From: an uncultured Muribaculaceae bacterium
GTDB taxonomy: Bacteria > Bacillota_I > Bacilli_A > RF39 > UBA660
NCBI GenBank assembly: GCA_964553605.1
Contig: CAZKKR010000001.1
Span: forward strand, 14,956-59,189
Direction: 5' to 3'
DNA: 44,234 nucleotides
Position 1 is the first letter of the stretch; each line of letters begins with the position of its first letter. This document shows positions 30,067-39,467 of this stretch, in pieces. Position numbers and translations under genes: made by a program. Below the pieces are notes generated by a model. That model worked only from the letters and a program-made list of their open reading frames with translations. It was not told the origin of the DNA and ran no database searches.

Positions 30067-31074
30067 ATGTTTTCAAAAGATATCGGAATAGACTTAGGAA
30101 CAGCTAATGTTCTTATTTACATAAAGGGGCAAGGGATAGTTTTAAATGAGCCAAGCATCGTCGTTATTGATGAAGACACAAAAAAACCAATCGCCGTTGG
30201 TAGAGAAGCTAAAGAAATGCTAGGTAGAACACCAGGACAAGTAAAAGCTATAAGACCAATGAAAGATGGAGTAATTGCTGATTTTGAAATCACCGAAATC
30301 ATGCTTAATAACTTCATTAGAAAAGTAAATGGAAAAAGTTTCTTCGCACGACCTAGAATTTTAATATGCTGCCCATCAAATATAACGCAAGTTGAAAAAA
30401 ATGCCATAAGAGAAGCAGCTGAAAAAACAGGTGCTAGAAAAGTATACTTGGAAGAAGAACCTAAAGTAGCCGCAATAGGCGCCGGCATGGATATTTCTAA
30501 ACCAAGCGGAAATATGGTAATCGATATCGGTGGTGGAACTACAGATGTTGCCGTTTTATCACTAGGTGGAATCGTAAATTCAGCATCAATTAAAGTAGCT
30601 GGTAATGTATTTGATAGTGATATAATTAAATACATTAGAGAAAAGTATAAATTATTAGTAGGTGAAGTAACCGCCGAAGATATTAAATTCAAAATAGGGA
30701 CAGTTTTCCCAGAATCAAGACAAGAAAAAATGGAAGTTAGAGGTAGAGACTTAGTAACAGGTCTTCCACATACGATAACCCTAACTTCAGATGAAGTCGA
30801 AGAAGCCTTAAGAGAAAGTTCACATATCGTTGTAAATACTGCTAAACAAGTATTAGAACAAACACCTCCAGAACTTGCTGCCGATATCATTGATAAGGGT
30901 ATTGTCCTAACAGGCGGTGGAGCTATGGTTGATGGCTTTGATAAACTGTTAAGTCATGAACTTAAAGTACCAGTATTTTTAGCTGAAACTCCACTTACAT
31001 GTGTAGTTGAAGGAACCGGAGTACTTCTTGATAACATTCCAGTACTAGAAAGTGGTTTAAATAAAAATTATTAG
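30067..31074 (+). CDS. mbl: MreB-like actin homologue (Mbl by synteny)
   Basis: DIGIDLGTAN, RPMKDGVIADF, EEP..AAIGAG, DIGGGTTD and LTGGGA motifs; follows spoIIID. Confidence 0.93.
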   Translation: MFSKDIGIDLGTANVLIYIKGQGIVLNEPSIVVIDEDTKKPIAVGREAKEMLGRTPGQVKAIRPMKDGVIADFEITEIMLNNFIRKVNGKSFFARPRILICCPSNITQVEKNAIREAAEKTGARKVYLEEEPKVAAIGAGMDISKPSGNMVIDIGGGTTDVAVLSLGGIVNSASIKVAGNVFDSDIIKYIREKYKLLVGEVTAEDIKFKIGTVFPESRQEKMEVRGRDLVTGLPHTITLTSDEVEEALRESSHIVVNTAKQVLEQTPPELAADIIDKGIVLTGGGAMVDGFDKLLSHELKVPVFLAETPLTCVVEGTGVLLDNIPVLESGLNKNY

Positions 31075-31102
31075 GACATAATATTACCAGGAAGGTGATA
31101 TT

Positions 31103-32470
31103 ATGAAAAAATTATTAAAAGAAAAAACAAATCCTTGGGAGAAAATAAACGTAGATGAAAAACAAAAAATCTATGACTTTTCCCAAGGATTTATTAGTTT
31201 TATAAGTAGTAATAAAACAGAAAGAGAATGTGTTAAAACAATTGAAAAAGAATTAATAAAAAACAATTTTAAAAACATTGAAACCATAACTAAATTAAAA
31301 CCAAACGACAAAGTATATTACATAAATAGAAGAAAAAACATCTATGCAGCTATCATTGGTAAAAAAATAAACTTTAATATGATAGCGTCCCACCTAGATA
31401 GCCCAAGATTAGATTTAAAACCAAATCCAATATATGAAAGTGAAGAACTAGCTTTTTTTAAAACGCATTACTATGGTGGAATAAAAAAATATCAGTGGGT
31501 AAATATCCCGCTTTCTATGCACGGCATAATCATAACCAAAGATAAAAAAATAGAAATAAATATTGGTGAAAAAGAAAATGATCCAGTATTTACCATTCCT
31601 GATTTACTTCCGCACCTATCAAAAAACCAAGAAAACAAAACACTAAAAGATGCGATAGAAGGAGAAAACTTAAATATATTAATTGGCAGTATTCCCATTA
31701 ATGAGGAAGTAGATACTAAAACAAAATTAAATATATTAAATATCTTAAATGAAAAATATAATATCAAAGAAGAAGATTTTGAAAGTGCTGAAATAGAATT
31801 TACCCCAAATTTTAAAGCTAAAGATTTAGGCTTTGATAGATCTTTAATAGCAGGGTACGGTCAGGATGATAAAGTATGTGCCTATACATCATTAAAAGCC
31901 TTACTTGAAATAGAAAATCCGGAAAAAACAGTTATATGCACATTAACTGATAAAGAAGAAGTAGGTAGTATGGGAAATACTGGTATGTTTTCAAACACCT
32001 TTGATTATTTTATAGATTTACTATTAGAAAAAGCAAATATAAATAATAAAGAAAAAACAAAAATATATAATAGTGCCAAAGTATTATCAGCTGATGTAAC
32101 AGGAGCCTATAACCCAAACTATCCAGACATATATGAAAAAAATAATGAATCATATTTAAATAGAGGAATATCAATCATGAAATATACAGGATCACCATCA
32201 AAAGGTGGAGCATCTGATGCTAATGCTGAATATTTAGCCTACATAAAAAACTTATTCATAAGTAATAATATTACCTATCAAGTATCAGAAATGGGTAAGA
32301 TAGGAGTAGGTGGAGGAGGCACAATTTCTTATATATTAGCCAATAAAGGTATGGATGTTCTAGACTGTGGAATTCCTATATTATCAATGCACTCACCTTA
32401 TGAAATTTCTAGTAAATTTGATGTCTACACCTCTTATAAAGCTTATAAAGCATTTTATGAAAGCAAATAA
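31103..32470 (+). CDS. M18 family aminopeptidase
   Basis: SHLDSPRLDLKP, YYGGIKKYQW, GQDD, DKEEVGS, SADV, GGGGTI and SMHSP motifs. Confidence 0.95.
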   Translation: MKKLLKEKTNPWEKINVDEKQKIYDFSQGFISFISSNKTERECVKTIEKELIKNNFKNIETITKLKPNDKVYYINRRKNIYAAIIGKKINFNMIASHLDSPRLDLKPNPIYESEELAFFKTHYYGGIKKYQWVNIPLSMHGIIITKDKKIEINIGEKENDPVFTIPDLLPHLSKNQENKTLKDAIEGENLNILIGSIPINEEVDTKTKLNILNILNEKYNIKEEDFESAEIEFTPNFKAKDLGFDRSLIAGYGQDDKVCAYTSLKALLEIENPEKTVICTLTDKEEVGSMGNTGMFSNTFDYFIDLLLEKANINNKEKTKIYNSAKVLSADVTGAYNPNYPDIYEKNNESYLNRGISIMKYTGSPSKGGASDANAEYLAYIKNLFISNNITYQVSEMGKIGVGGGGTISYILANKGMDVLDCGIPILSMHSPYEISSKFDVYTSYKAYKAFYESK

Positions 32471-32575
32471 AAACCAATACAATTAAATTGTAGCACATTA
32501 CCAAGCAAAAAAAAGAGATGTCTTGGTAACAGAAGCAAATTAAATAGAAAAAAATAGAGCTTCCGATGCAATATA
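32471..32575 (-). ncRNA. candidate small RNA with two pyrimidine-rich stem-loops
   Basis: Inverted repeats 32498-32505/32522-32529 and 32532-32536/32559-32563, extended by G-U pairs only on the minus strand. Possible TTTACA-N18-TATATT promoter. Confidence 0.35.
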
Positions 32576-32632
32576 AGAAAAAGTGGAATAAACTGTAAAA
32601 ATATGGTAAAATTATGGATAGAGGTGAGGTGT

Positions 32633-33688
32633 ATGGATCAGGATGTAATGGTTAAGATATTACTAATGATTGCGACAACTTTTATATCCGTAACACTACT
32701 AGTTCCATTTATTAAAAAAGTTGCTATTCATATTGGTGCGTTAGATATTCCAAACGAAAGAAAAGTACATAAAAGTCCTATGCCAAGATTAGGCGGGCTT
32801 GCGATGTTCCTAGGCTTCTTACTTGGATATATGATTTTTGGTGAACCAAGTAGTGCGATGAATTCAATTTTAATAGGCAGTTTTATAGTCGTTTTAGCAG
32901 GAACAATTGATGATATTAAGCCTTTAAAATCATCAGTCAAATTTGCTGCTCAAATAGTATCTGCAGCCACAATTGCTATATATGGAAAATTATTAATACA
33001 AGATATTACAGTGTTTGGCATGTATTTTGATTTTGGAATATTTGCTTATCCAATAACGATATTCTTTGTCTTAGGATGTTTAAATTGCATTAATCTAATT
33101 GATGGCTTAGATGGCTTAGCTGCTGGCATAAGTGCGATATATTTCGCCACTATTGGATTAATATCAATTATAATGGGAAAAATGGGTTTAGATTTTATTT
33201 TAACATTCATAATGTTAGGAGCAGTTTTAGGATTCTTAGTTCATAACTTCCATCCAGCTACTATATTTGCTGGAGACTCAGGATCATTATTTATGGGCTT
33301 TATGATTGCTGTAATTGCCTTACTTGGATTTAAAAGTGTAACTTTAACATCACTAATAATTCCATTATTAATACTTGCTATTCCAATATTAGATACCATA
33401 TTTGCCATATTAAGAAGATTATTAAAAGGTGAAAAAATATCTAAACCAGATAAAAAACACTCTCATCATCAGCTATTAAATAAAAATTTTTCACATAGAG
33501 CTACAGTTCTAATTATATATGGAATTGATATTCTATTTGCTTTCGCATCAATTATATATGTTCTTCACGATAGAAAACTAGGGTATATTATATATACTGT
33601 CCTTACAGTTATCGTTCTAGCATTTGTTTTAACAACAGACATAGTAGTTGATAAAGAAAGATTACCAAAATTAATTAAGAAAAAGTAA
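32633..33688 (+). CDS. tagO: undecaprenyl-phosphate GlcNAc-1-P transferase (TagO/WecA, GT4/MraY family)
   Basis: D.P..RKVH..P.PRLGG, G..DD, NLIDGLDGL, NF.PA.IF.GDSG and PD..H.HH motifs. Start moved to ATG 32633. Confidence 0.92.
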   Translation: MDQDVMVKILLMIATTFISVTLLVPFIKKVAIHIGALDIPNERKVHKSPMPRLGGLAMFLGFLLGYMIFGEPSSAMNSILIGSFIVVLAGTIDDIKPLKSSVKFAAQIVSAATIAIYGKLLIQDITVFGMYFDFGIFAYPITIFFVLGCLNCINLIDGLDGLAAGISAIYFATIGLISIIMGKMGLDFILTFIMLGAVLGFLVHNFHPATIFAGDSGSLFMGFMIAVIALLGFKSVTLTSLIIPLLILAIPILDTIFAILRRLLKGEKISKPDKKHSHHQLLNKNFSHRATVLIIYGIDILFAFASIIYVLHDRKLGYIIYTVLTVIVLAFVLTTDIVVDKERLPKLIKKK

Positions 33689-33718
33689 TGAATAATTACT
33701 TTTTTTATATGCATAATA
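33689..33718 (+). promoter_or_regulatory. putative sigmaG promoter
   Basis: TGAATA-N17-CATAATA matches the sigmaG consensus and precedes a YetF-family gene. Confidence 0.6.
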
Positions 33719-33732
33719 AAAATGGTGATATT

Positions 33733-34452
33733 ATGCAAAAAGAAATAATTGACCTACTAGATGTTATTTTAAGATGTTTAGTATCAATAGTAACTTTGTT
33801 TTTTGTAACTAAAATGATTGGCAAAAAACAAGTTTCCCAGTTTAGTTTATTTGATTATGTTATAGGTATATCAATAGGTAATTTTGCAGCTGAAATGGCC
33901 ATTAATTTAGATTCATCATACCTACATGGAACTATTGCCGTTATTGTCTTCGGTGTAGTAGCTTATTTAGTGTCTGTAATAACTATGAAAAACATAAAAA
34001 TAAGAAAATTTATAATTGGCGACCCTAACATATTAATAAAAGACGGTAAAATATTATATAATAGTTTAAAAAAATCAAAATTTGATATTAATGATCTATT
34101 AGAAGAAGCTAGAATAAATGGTTACTTCGATATATCAGAAATAGATTACGCTTTAATGGAAGCAAATGGCAAAGTAAGCTTTTTAGCCAAACCAAATTAT
34201 CAAAAACCATCCAATAAAGATTTAAAATTAAAAGTAACTAAACAAGGATTATGCATAAATTTAATAATAGATGGAAAAATAATTGAAGGAGCTTTAAAAG
34301 ATGTTCATAAAGAAAGAAAATGGTTAATGCACGAACTAAAAGTAAAAGGCTATAAATTAGAAGAAGTCCTTCTTGCCACCTACGACTTAGAAAACAATTT
34401 AAAAGTTTACGGAAAAAACGTAAATGATAATAGTTACACAGTCTTAAACTAG
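33733..34452 (+). CDS. DUF421/YetF family membrane protein
   Basis: K.IGKKQVSQ.S.FD....I.IG, G.P..LI.DG.I, E.NG.VS and LIIDG.I motifs; start ATG 33733 with GGTGA RBS. Confidence 0.92.
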   Translation: MQKEIIDLLDVILRCLVSIVTLFFVTKMIGKKQVSQFSLFDYVIGISIGNFAAEMAINLDSSYLHGTIAVIVFGVVAYLVSVITMKNIKIRKFIIGDPNILIKDGKILYNSLKKSKFDINDLLEEARINGYFDISEIDYALMEANGKVSFLAKPNYQKPSNKDLKLKVTKQGLCINLIIDGKIIEGALKDVHKERKWLMHELKVKGYKLEEVLLATYDLENNLKVYGKNVNDNSYTVLN

Positions 34453-34494
34453 ATTTATAAGTATATATTTGCTATAATTTAAATTGGTGATATT

Positions 34495-34932
34495 ATGAAA
34501 CATTACTGCGCCTCAGCCTTTGTTATAAATCCTGAAAATAAAACTCTATTATTAGTAAAACATGGAGACTATGACAAATGGGTTCAACCAGGGGGACACA
34601 TTGAAGATGAAGAAAATCCTGAAGAAGCAGCTATCAGAGAAGTTTATGAAGAAACAGGAATTAAAATAACCTTAAAAGGAGAACGCTTCCCAAGAGAAGA
34701 TGATTTAATAAGACCATTAGGTATTCAGTGTAATCGTAAAAAGGATGGAACCAGATTTATCGATATCATTTATTGGGGAACACCAAACAACCCCGAAGCC
34801 GAATTAAAACTAAATGATGAAAGTATTGAAATTGGCTGGTTTACTAGAACAGAACTAGATAGATTACCAATATTTCCTGATGTAAAAATAACTATGGATT
34901 ACATTCTAAGAACATACCTTGGAGAAGAATAA
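34495..34932 (+). CDS. Nudix hydrolase
   Basis: Nudix box PGGHIEDEENPEEAAIREVYEETGI. Confidence 0.95.
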   Translation: MKHYCASAFVINPENKTLLLVKHGDYDKWVQPGGHIEDEENPEEAAIREVYEETGIKITLKGERFPREDDLIRPLGIQCNRKKDGTRFIDIIYWGTPNNPEAELKLNDESIEIGWFTRTELDRLPIFPDVKITMDYILRTYLGEE

Positions 34933-35531
34933 TGATAAAAGAAGTAAAAATAAAAAATAAAAAGGACCTATATAAGTTTTACAAAAAATTACCCTTATAT
35001 AGGTCGTTATTTTATAAAAATGTTACCTTCATATATAATGAAAACAAATTTGAAATAAAAGAAATAATTAATTCTTTAAACATTAAAAATAGAAAAAAAC
35101 GCTTAATATACATCTTTGACACTGCCTGCCGTCAAATAGATGACAACTGTAAATATAAAAACATCTGTGGATTTAAAAATGGGATATGTATAAATCATCA
35201 AAAATTAAAAAAAGACTATAAAAATGGATGCTGCAGATGGTGCCTATACCAAAGCGCTAAAGGATGCACCACCCAAAATCTAACATGCAAATTATTTAAC
35301 TGTACTGAAGTAGAAAAAAGATGTAAGATGCTAACATTCGAAGATATAAATGTATTAAAACTTTTAACTAGAAGGCAAAAAGCTATAGTAAAATCAAATT
35401 ACTTCACAAAAAAAGAAAGCTATATTAATGACTTATATATAGGTTCCTTTGTTATTTGGGAAATAAAACAAATATTTAGATTTATTAAAATATTTATAAA
35501 TATAAATGTTTTAAAAAAATCATTTAAATAA
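34932..35531 (+). CDS. Cys-rich hypothetical protein (possible Zn/Fe-S cluster)
   Basis: Translationally coupled to the Nudix gene (TAATG); cluster CGF..G.C, GCC..C, GC....L.CKLF.C. Confidence 0.75.
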   Translation: MIKEVKIKNKKDLYKFYKKLPLYRSLFYKNVTFIYNENKFEIKEIINSLNIKNRKKRLIYIFDTACRQIDDNCKYKNICGFKNGICINHQKLKKDYKNGCCRWCLYQSAKGCTTQNLTCKLFNCTEVEKRCKMLTFEDINVLKLLTRRQKAIVKSNYFTKKESYINDLYIGSFVIWEIKQIFRFIKIFININVLKKSFK

Positions 35532-36137
35532 ATTTTTAATTTCTAAAGAAGTCTTATTATAGACTTTTTTCTTTATTCTATTAATAATTTTCCTTCTAGT
35601 CTTTTTATTAAATAAAGAAACTATCAAAATAATAATAAATAAAATAAATAGAATAATAAATTGATTATAATTATAATTACTCCATATATTTAATTTTTTC
35701 CTTTTCGCATAGTTTTCCGCAAGTAATAATTTATCAGTATATTTATAATCACCATATAAATACGCCACTTTGGCAAGTCCTTTTTTAACTAGTTTTTCCT
35801 GAAGTAATTTGCCATCAGTAAAAACCCAAACCAAATCTCTACCGTATTTATCTTTCTTATCACTATTATTATCATATTCCAAAATAATTTCTTTAGCCAT
35901 TTTAAGTTTCATACAAGTATATATTCTAGCTTCATCACCAAAAGGATCACCTTTTTGATCACCATGTTTAATCTCTGGAGCATCTACTGCTAAAAATCTC
36001 ATTTTACGAACTTTACCATTTACTTTTAAACTAATAGTATCTCCATCAATACATTTATTAAATTTAATTTCTTCGGCCTTAACAGAAGAAATATTAACTA
36101 TTAAAAATAATATTAATATGATATATATTTTTTTCAT
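35520..36137 (-). CDS. thermonuclease (SNase) family, signal peptide plus C-terminal TM
   Basis: IDGDT, RFLAVDAPE, DKYGR.L..V and LV..GLA motifs. True start MKKIYIILIL at 36137 with GGTGA RBS. Confidence 0.93.
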   Translation of the reverse strand: MKKIYIILILFLIVNISSVKAEEIKFNKCIDGDTISLKVNGKVRKMRFLAVDAPEIKHGDQKGDPFGDEARIYTCMKLKMAKEIILEYDNNSDKKDKYGRDLVWVFTDGKLLQEKLVKKGLAKVAYLYGDYKYTDKLLLAENYAKRKKLNIWSNYNYNQFIILFILFIIILIVSLFNKKTRRKIINRIKKKVYNKTSLEIKNLFK

Positions 36138-36204
36138 ATAATCACCATATATATTATATAACTTTATAAAACTTTTTTCCACCATGATAAAAACATCAAA
36201 AAAA

Positions 36205-36233
36205 TTGACTTTTAAATATAAAAATAATATAAT
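36205..36233 (+). promoter_or_regulatory. sigmaA promoter
   Basis: TTGACT-N17-TATAAT; supports a start at 36262 rather than 36184. Confidence 0.85.
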
Positions 36234-36261
36234 ACTGCCGGTAAAAAAAGGAGGCGTAACC

Positions 36262-37299
36262 ATGTACGAAGAAAAAAAATATGGCCTAACTTTTATAGTG
36301 GATGCAAGAGTAGAATTAATACATGCCATTCTCTCAAAACTAAAAAAAGATTATAAAAAATTTCCAAATTTAATCAAAAAAAACTATGACGAAGAGTTAG
36401 ACTTCATAGAAGTATGTAATACTGATTATGCGAAAAAGTTTTATGAATTAATTGACTTTAATAAAAATCCAAAGTTATTAAAGTGGGCGGAAAAGCTTGC
36501 CGATTTGTCTGACTGCGGGATGACATTTGAAATAGCAATGATGTTTGATGAAAATTTTAATAAACAAATTGAAAGAGTAACAAGCGTTCACAACGAGTAC
36601 CCAGATTTTATAGAGTTCTTAGAAGAATTTTCTGCATTCGAAAAAACAATACAAGAATTTATTGAAAAAAGTAGATACATAGAATTTTATAATGAAAATC
36701 ATAAAGAATTTCATAAGATGATTGAAGATGCATCAAGTGAATACCCAGAAAACTTAGACATGAATGATATGAAAGAGTTTTACGGACTAACCTTTAAAAA
36801 ACACCCTGTTATATATTCTCAGTTTTATAACGGCGGAATCGGCTTTGAAATAGAAAAAACACCTCACTGTTTTAAAGGCTTATGGATAGAAGACGGAAAA
36901 TATTTTGAAAGTACAAACACAGTGGTAAACCTTTTTCATGAATACTCACACCCAATCATAAACCCATTAGTAGATAAATATTGGGAAAATTTTGAAAATA
37001 AAGAAAACCTTCTAGAAAATATAACTCAAAATAGTTTAGTAGAAGCATATCAAAAAAATAAAACCATATACTACGAATATTTTGTAAGAGCTGTATCAGA
37101 TTTTCTAGGCAAAAAATATATTGACATTCACACTCGCATAGAAATTGATAAAGAACTAGGGTTTACAAAAATTGAAGAACTAATTGAACACATTGAAAAA
37201 GAATATAATATGGATGGTAATTTTGAAAAGTATTTTAAAGAAAAATTAATACCATATGTAAATGAACTTACAAGTAAATCTCATAAAAAAAGGAAATGA
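36262..37299 (+). CDS. DUF4932-like putative zinc metallopeptidase
   Basis: VDARVEL N-terminal motif, HEYSH, downstream YEYFVRA (candidate third ligand); AGGAGG RBS. Confidence 0.7.
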   Translation: MYEEKKYGLTFIVDARVELIHAILSKLKKDYKKFPNLIKKNYDEELDFIEVCNTDYAKKFYELIDFNKNPKLLKWAEKLADLSDCGMTFEIAMMFDENFNKQIERVTSVHNEYPDFIEFLEEFSAFEKTIQEFIEKSRYIEFYNENHKEFHKMIEDASSEYPENLDMNDMKEFYGLTFKKHPVIYSQFYNGGIGFEIEKTPHCFKGLWIEDGKYFESTNTVVNLFHEYSHPIINPLVDKYWENFENKENLLENITQNSLVEAYQKNKTIYYEYFVRAVSDFLGKKYIDIHTRIEIDKELGFTKIEELIEHIEKEYNMDGNFEKYFKEKLIPYVNELTSKSHKKRK

Positions 37300-37515
37300 T
37301 CATATATGGCAAAAGAAATAATATGTGAGTGTCCTAAAGTAATTTTGAAGAAGTTTTAAAAAATAAAGAATAAAGAATAAAGTTATTACCAAAAGATTAT
37401 AAATATGAAAAAAAATATCACTTCTATTATATTGATATTTAATAGAGTAATTTTCAAACCAGGTATTGCATAGTTCCATATTAAATTACGCTTTAAATTA
37501 CACCGACAAAAACGT

Positions 37516-37565
37516 TAAAAAACAAGTAAAATAAACTTGTTTTTTAATTTTATAAGTGATATAAT
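37516..37565 (+). promoter_or_regulatory. terminator hairpin merged with typA sigmaA promoter
   Basis: AAAAACAAGT...ACTTGTTTTT; TTGTTT(37537)-N17-TATAAT(37560) with TG extension. Confidence 0.65.
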
Positions 37566-37592
37566 TAACCCTGTGCGAAAAGAGGGACTTAT

Positions 37593-39419
37593 ATGAAACA
37601 AAGAAATATAGCGATAATCGCCCATGTCGATCATGGTAAAACAACCCTTGTAGATGAACTATTAAAAAAATCAGGAACTTTTAGAGAAAATGAAGAAGTT
37701 CAAATAAGAGCTTTAGATTCCAATGATATCGAAAGAGAAAGAGGAATTACTATTTTAGCTAAAACAACAGCCATTGATTATAAAGGGTATAGAATAAACA
37801 TTCTAGATACACCCGGTCATGCCGACTTTGGCGGTGAAGTAGAAAGAATCATGAATATGGTTGATGGTGTATTACTAGTTGTTGATGCTTATGAAGGAAC
37901 TATGCCTCAAACAAGATTTGTTCTTAAAAAAGCTTTAGAAGCCGGAGTAGTACCAATAGTTGTCGTTAACAAAATAGATAAAGAATCAGCTAGACCAAAA
38001 GAGGTTGTAGATGAAGTCATGGATTTATTTATTGAACTAGGAGCCAGCCTAGAACAATTAGAATTTCCAGTAATCTATGCATCTGCAATCGAAGGAACAT
38101 CAAGTTACGATCCTGATATAAACACTCAAGAAAAAACCATGGAACCAATATTAGATACTGTTATAAAATATATTCCAGAACCTAATGTTGATCCAAACGG
38201 GTCATTGCAATTCCAGCCAGCTTTACTAGACTATAATGACTATGTTGGAAGAATAGGTGTTGGATTAGTTAAAAGAGGGACTTTAAAATTAAACAGTATG
38301 GTATCTTGCGTTAGATTAGATGGAAGTATTAAACAATTTAGAATTCAAAAAATATTTGGATACTTTGGATTAAATAAAATAGAAGTAACTGAAGCTAAAG
38401 CTGGAGATATAGTAGCTATAGCTGGGCTTCCAGATATATCTGTTGGCGAAACAGTTTGTGAAATAGGAAAAGAAGAAGCCCTACCAAAACTTAGAATTGA
38501 TGAGCCTACTTTACAAATGACCTTTGGGGTTAACACATCACCATTTAATGGAAAAGATGGAAAACTAGTAACAGCAAGAAAAATTGAAGAAAGATTAATG
38601 AAAGAAACGGAAAGAGATGTATCCTTAAAAGTATCTCAGGTAGATTCAGAATCTTGGATAGTATCAGGTAGAGGAGAACTTCACTTATCAATTTTAATTG
38701 AAAATATGCGAAGAGAAGGTTATGAACTTGAAGTATCAAAACCACAAATAATTATCAAAGAAATAGATGGTAAAAAATATGAACCATTTGAAGAAGTTCA
38801 AATTGACGTTCCAGAAGAATATATGGGTAGTGTAATTGAAAAATTAGGATTACGTGGCGGTAATATGCAAAATATGGAAACTAAAGAAGGCAGTGCCAGA
38901 ATAAATTATTTAATGCCATCAAGAGGCTTAATTGGTTTTATGACCGAATTTATGACCTTAACTAAAGGATATGGAATAATAAATCATACATTTTCTTCAT
39001 ATGAACCTATGGTATCAACAAATGTTGGTCAAAGAAAATCAGGTGTTTTAGTATCAATTGATAATGGCAAAGCAACAGCTTATGCTTTAGGTTCTTTAGA
39101 AGATAGAGGAATAATGTTTGTTGAACCAGGAACAGAAGTTTATGAAGGAATGATCGTTGGTGAAAACAATCACGAAAACGATTTAGCCGTAAATGTTACT
39201 AAAGGAAAACAAATGACTAATACTAGAAGTGCTAATAAAGATCACACCGTAGTTTTAAAAAGACCTAGAGAAATGAGCTTAGAAGTATGTTTAGACTATA
39301 TTAATGAAGATGAATTAGTAGAAGTAACGCCACTAAATTATAGAATGCGTAAGAAAATACTAAATACTAATGAAAGAAAAAAATATGAAAATAAGAAAAG
39401 TATGGGAAAAATAGATTAA
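37593..39419 (+). CDS. typA: translational GTPase TypA/BipA
   Basis: IAHVDHGKTTL, ERERGITILAK, DTPGHADFGGEVER, GRGELHL and DELVEVTP motifs. Confidence 0.98.
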   Translation: MKQRNIAIIAHVDHGKTTLVDELLKKSGTFRENEEVQIRALDSNDIERERGITILAKTTAIDYKGYRINILDTPGHADFGGEVERIMNMVDGVLLVVDAYEGTMPQTRFVLKKALEAGVVPIVVVNKIDKESARPKEVVDEVMDLFIELGASLEQLEFPVIYASAIEGTSSYDPDINTQEKTMEPILDTVIKYIPEPNVDPNGSLQFQPALLDYNDYVGRIGVGLVKRGTLKLNSMVSCVRLDGSIKQFRIQKIFGYFGLNKIEVTEAKAGDIVAIAGLPDISVGETVCEIGKEEALPKLRIDEPTLQMTFGVNTSPFNGKDGKLVTARKIEERLMKETERDVSLKVSQVDSESWIVSGRGELHLSILIENMRREGYELEVSKPQIIIKEIDGKKYEPFEEVQIDVPEEYMGSVIEKLGLRGGNMQNMETKEGSARINYLMPSRGLIGFMTEFMTLTKGYGIINHTFSSYEPMVSTNVGQRKSGVLVSIDNGKATAYALGSLEDRGIMFVEPGTEVYEGMIVGENNHENDLAVNVTKGKQMTNTRSANKDHTVVLKRPREMSLEVCLDYINEDELVEVTPLNYRMRKKILNTNERKKYENKKSMGKID

Positions 39420-39467
39420 TTTAAATAATCTATTTTTTTATGATATAATAAAAACGGAGGATGCAAT

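Noticed and set aside
32490-32570. c-di-GMP-I or purine riboswitch upstream of tagO (two GCAAA motifs)
   Set aside because: It lacks the GNRA/receptor and conserved junction nucleotides, and lies upstream of the apparent tagO promoter. Kept only as an sRNA candidate.
37300-37479. 59-aa minus-strand ORF and tiny plus-strand ORFs (MAKEIICECPK..., MKKNITSIIL...) in the DUF4932-typA gap
   Set aside because: No convincing RBS or motifs; likely chance or decayed remnants.
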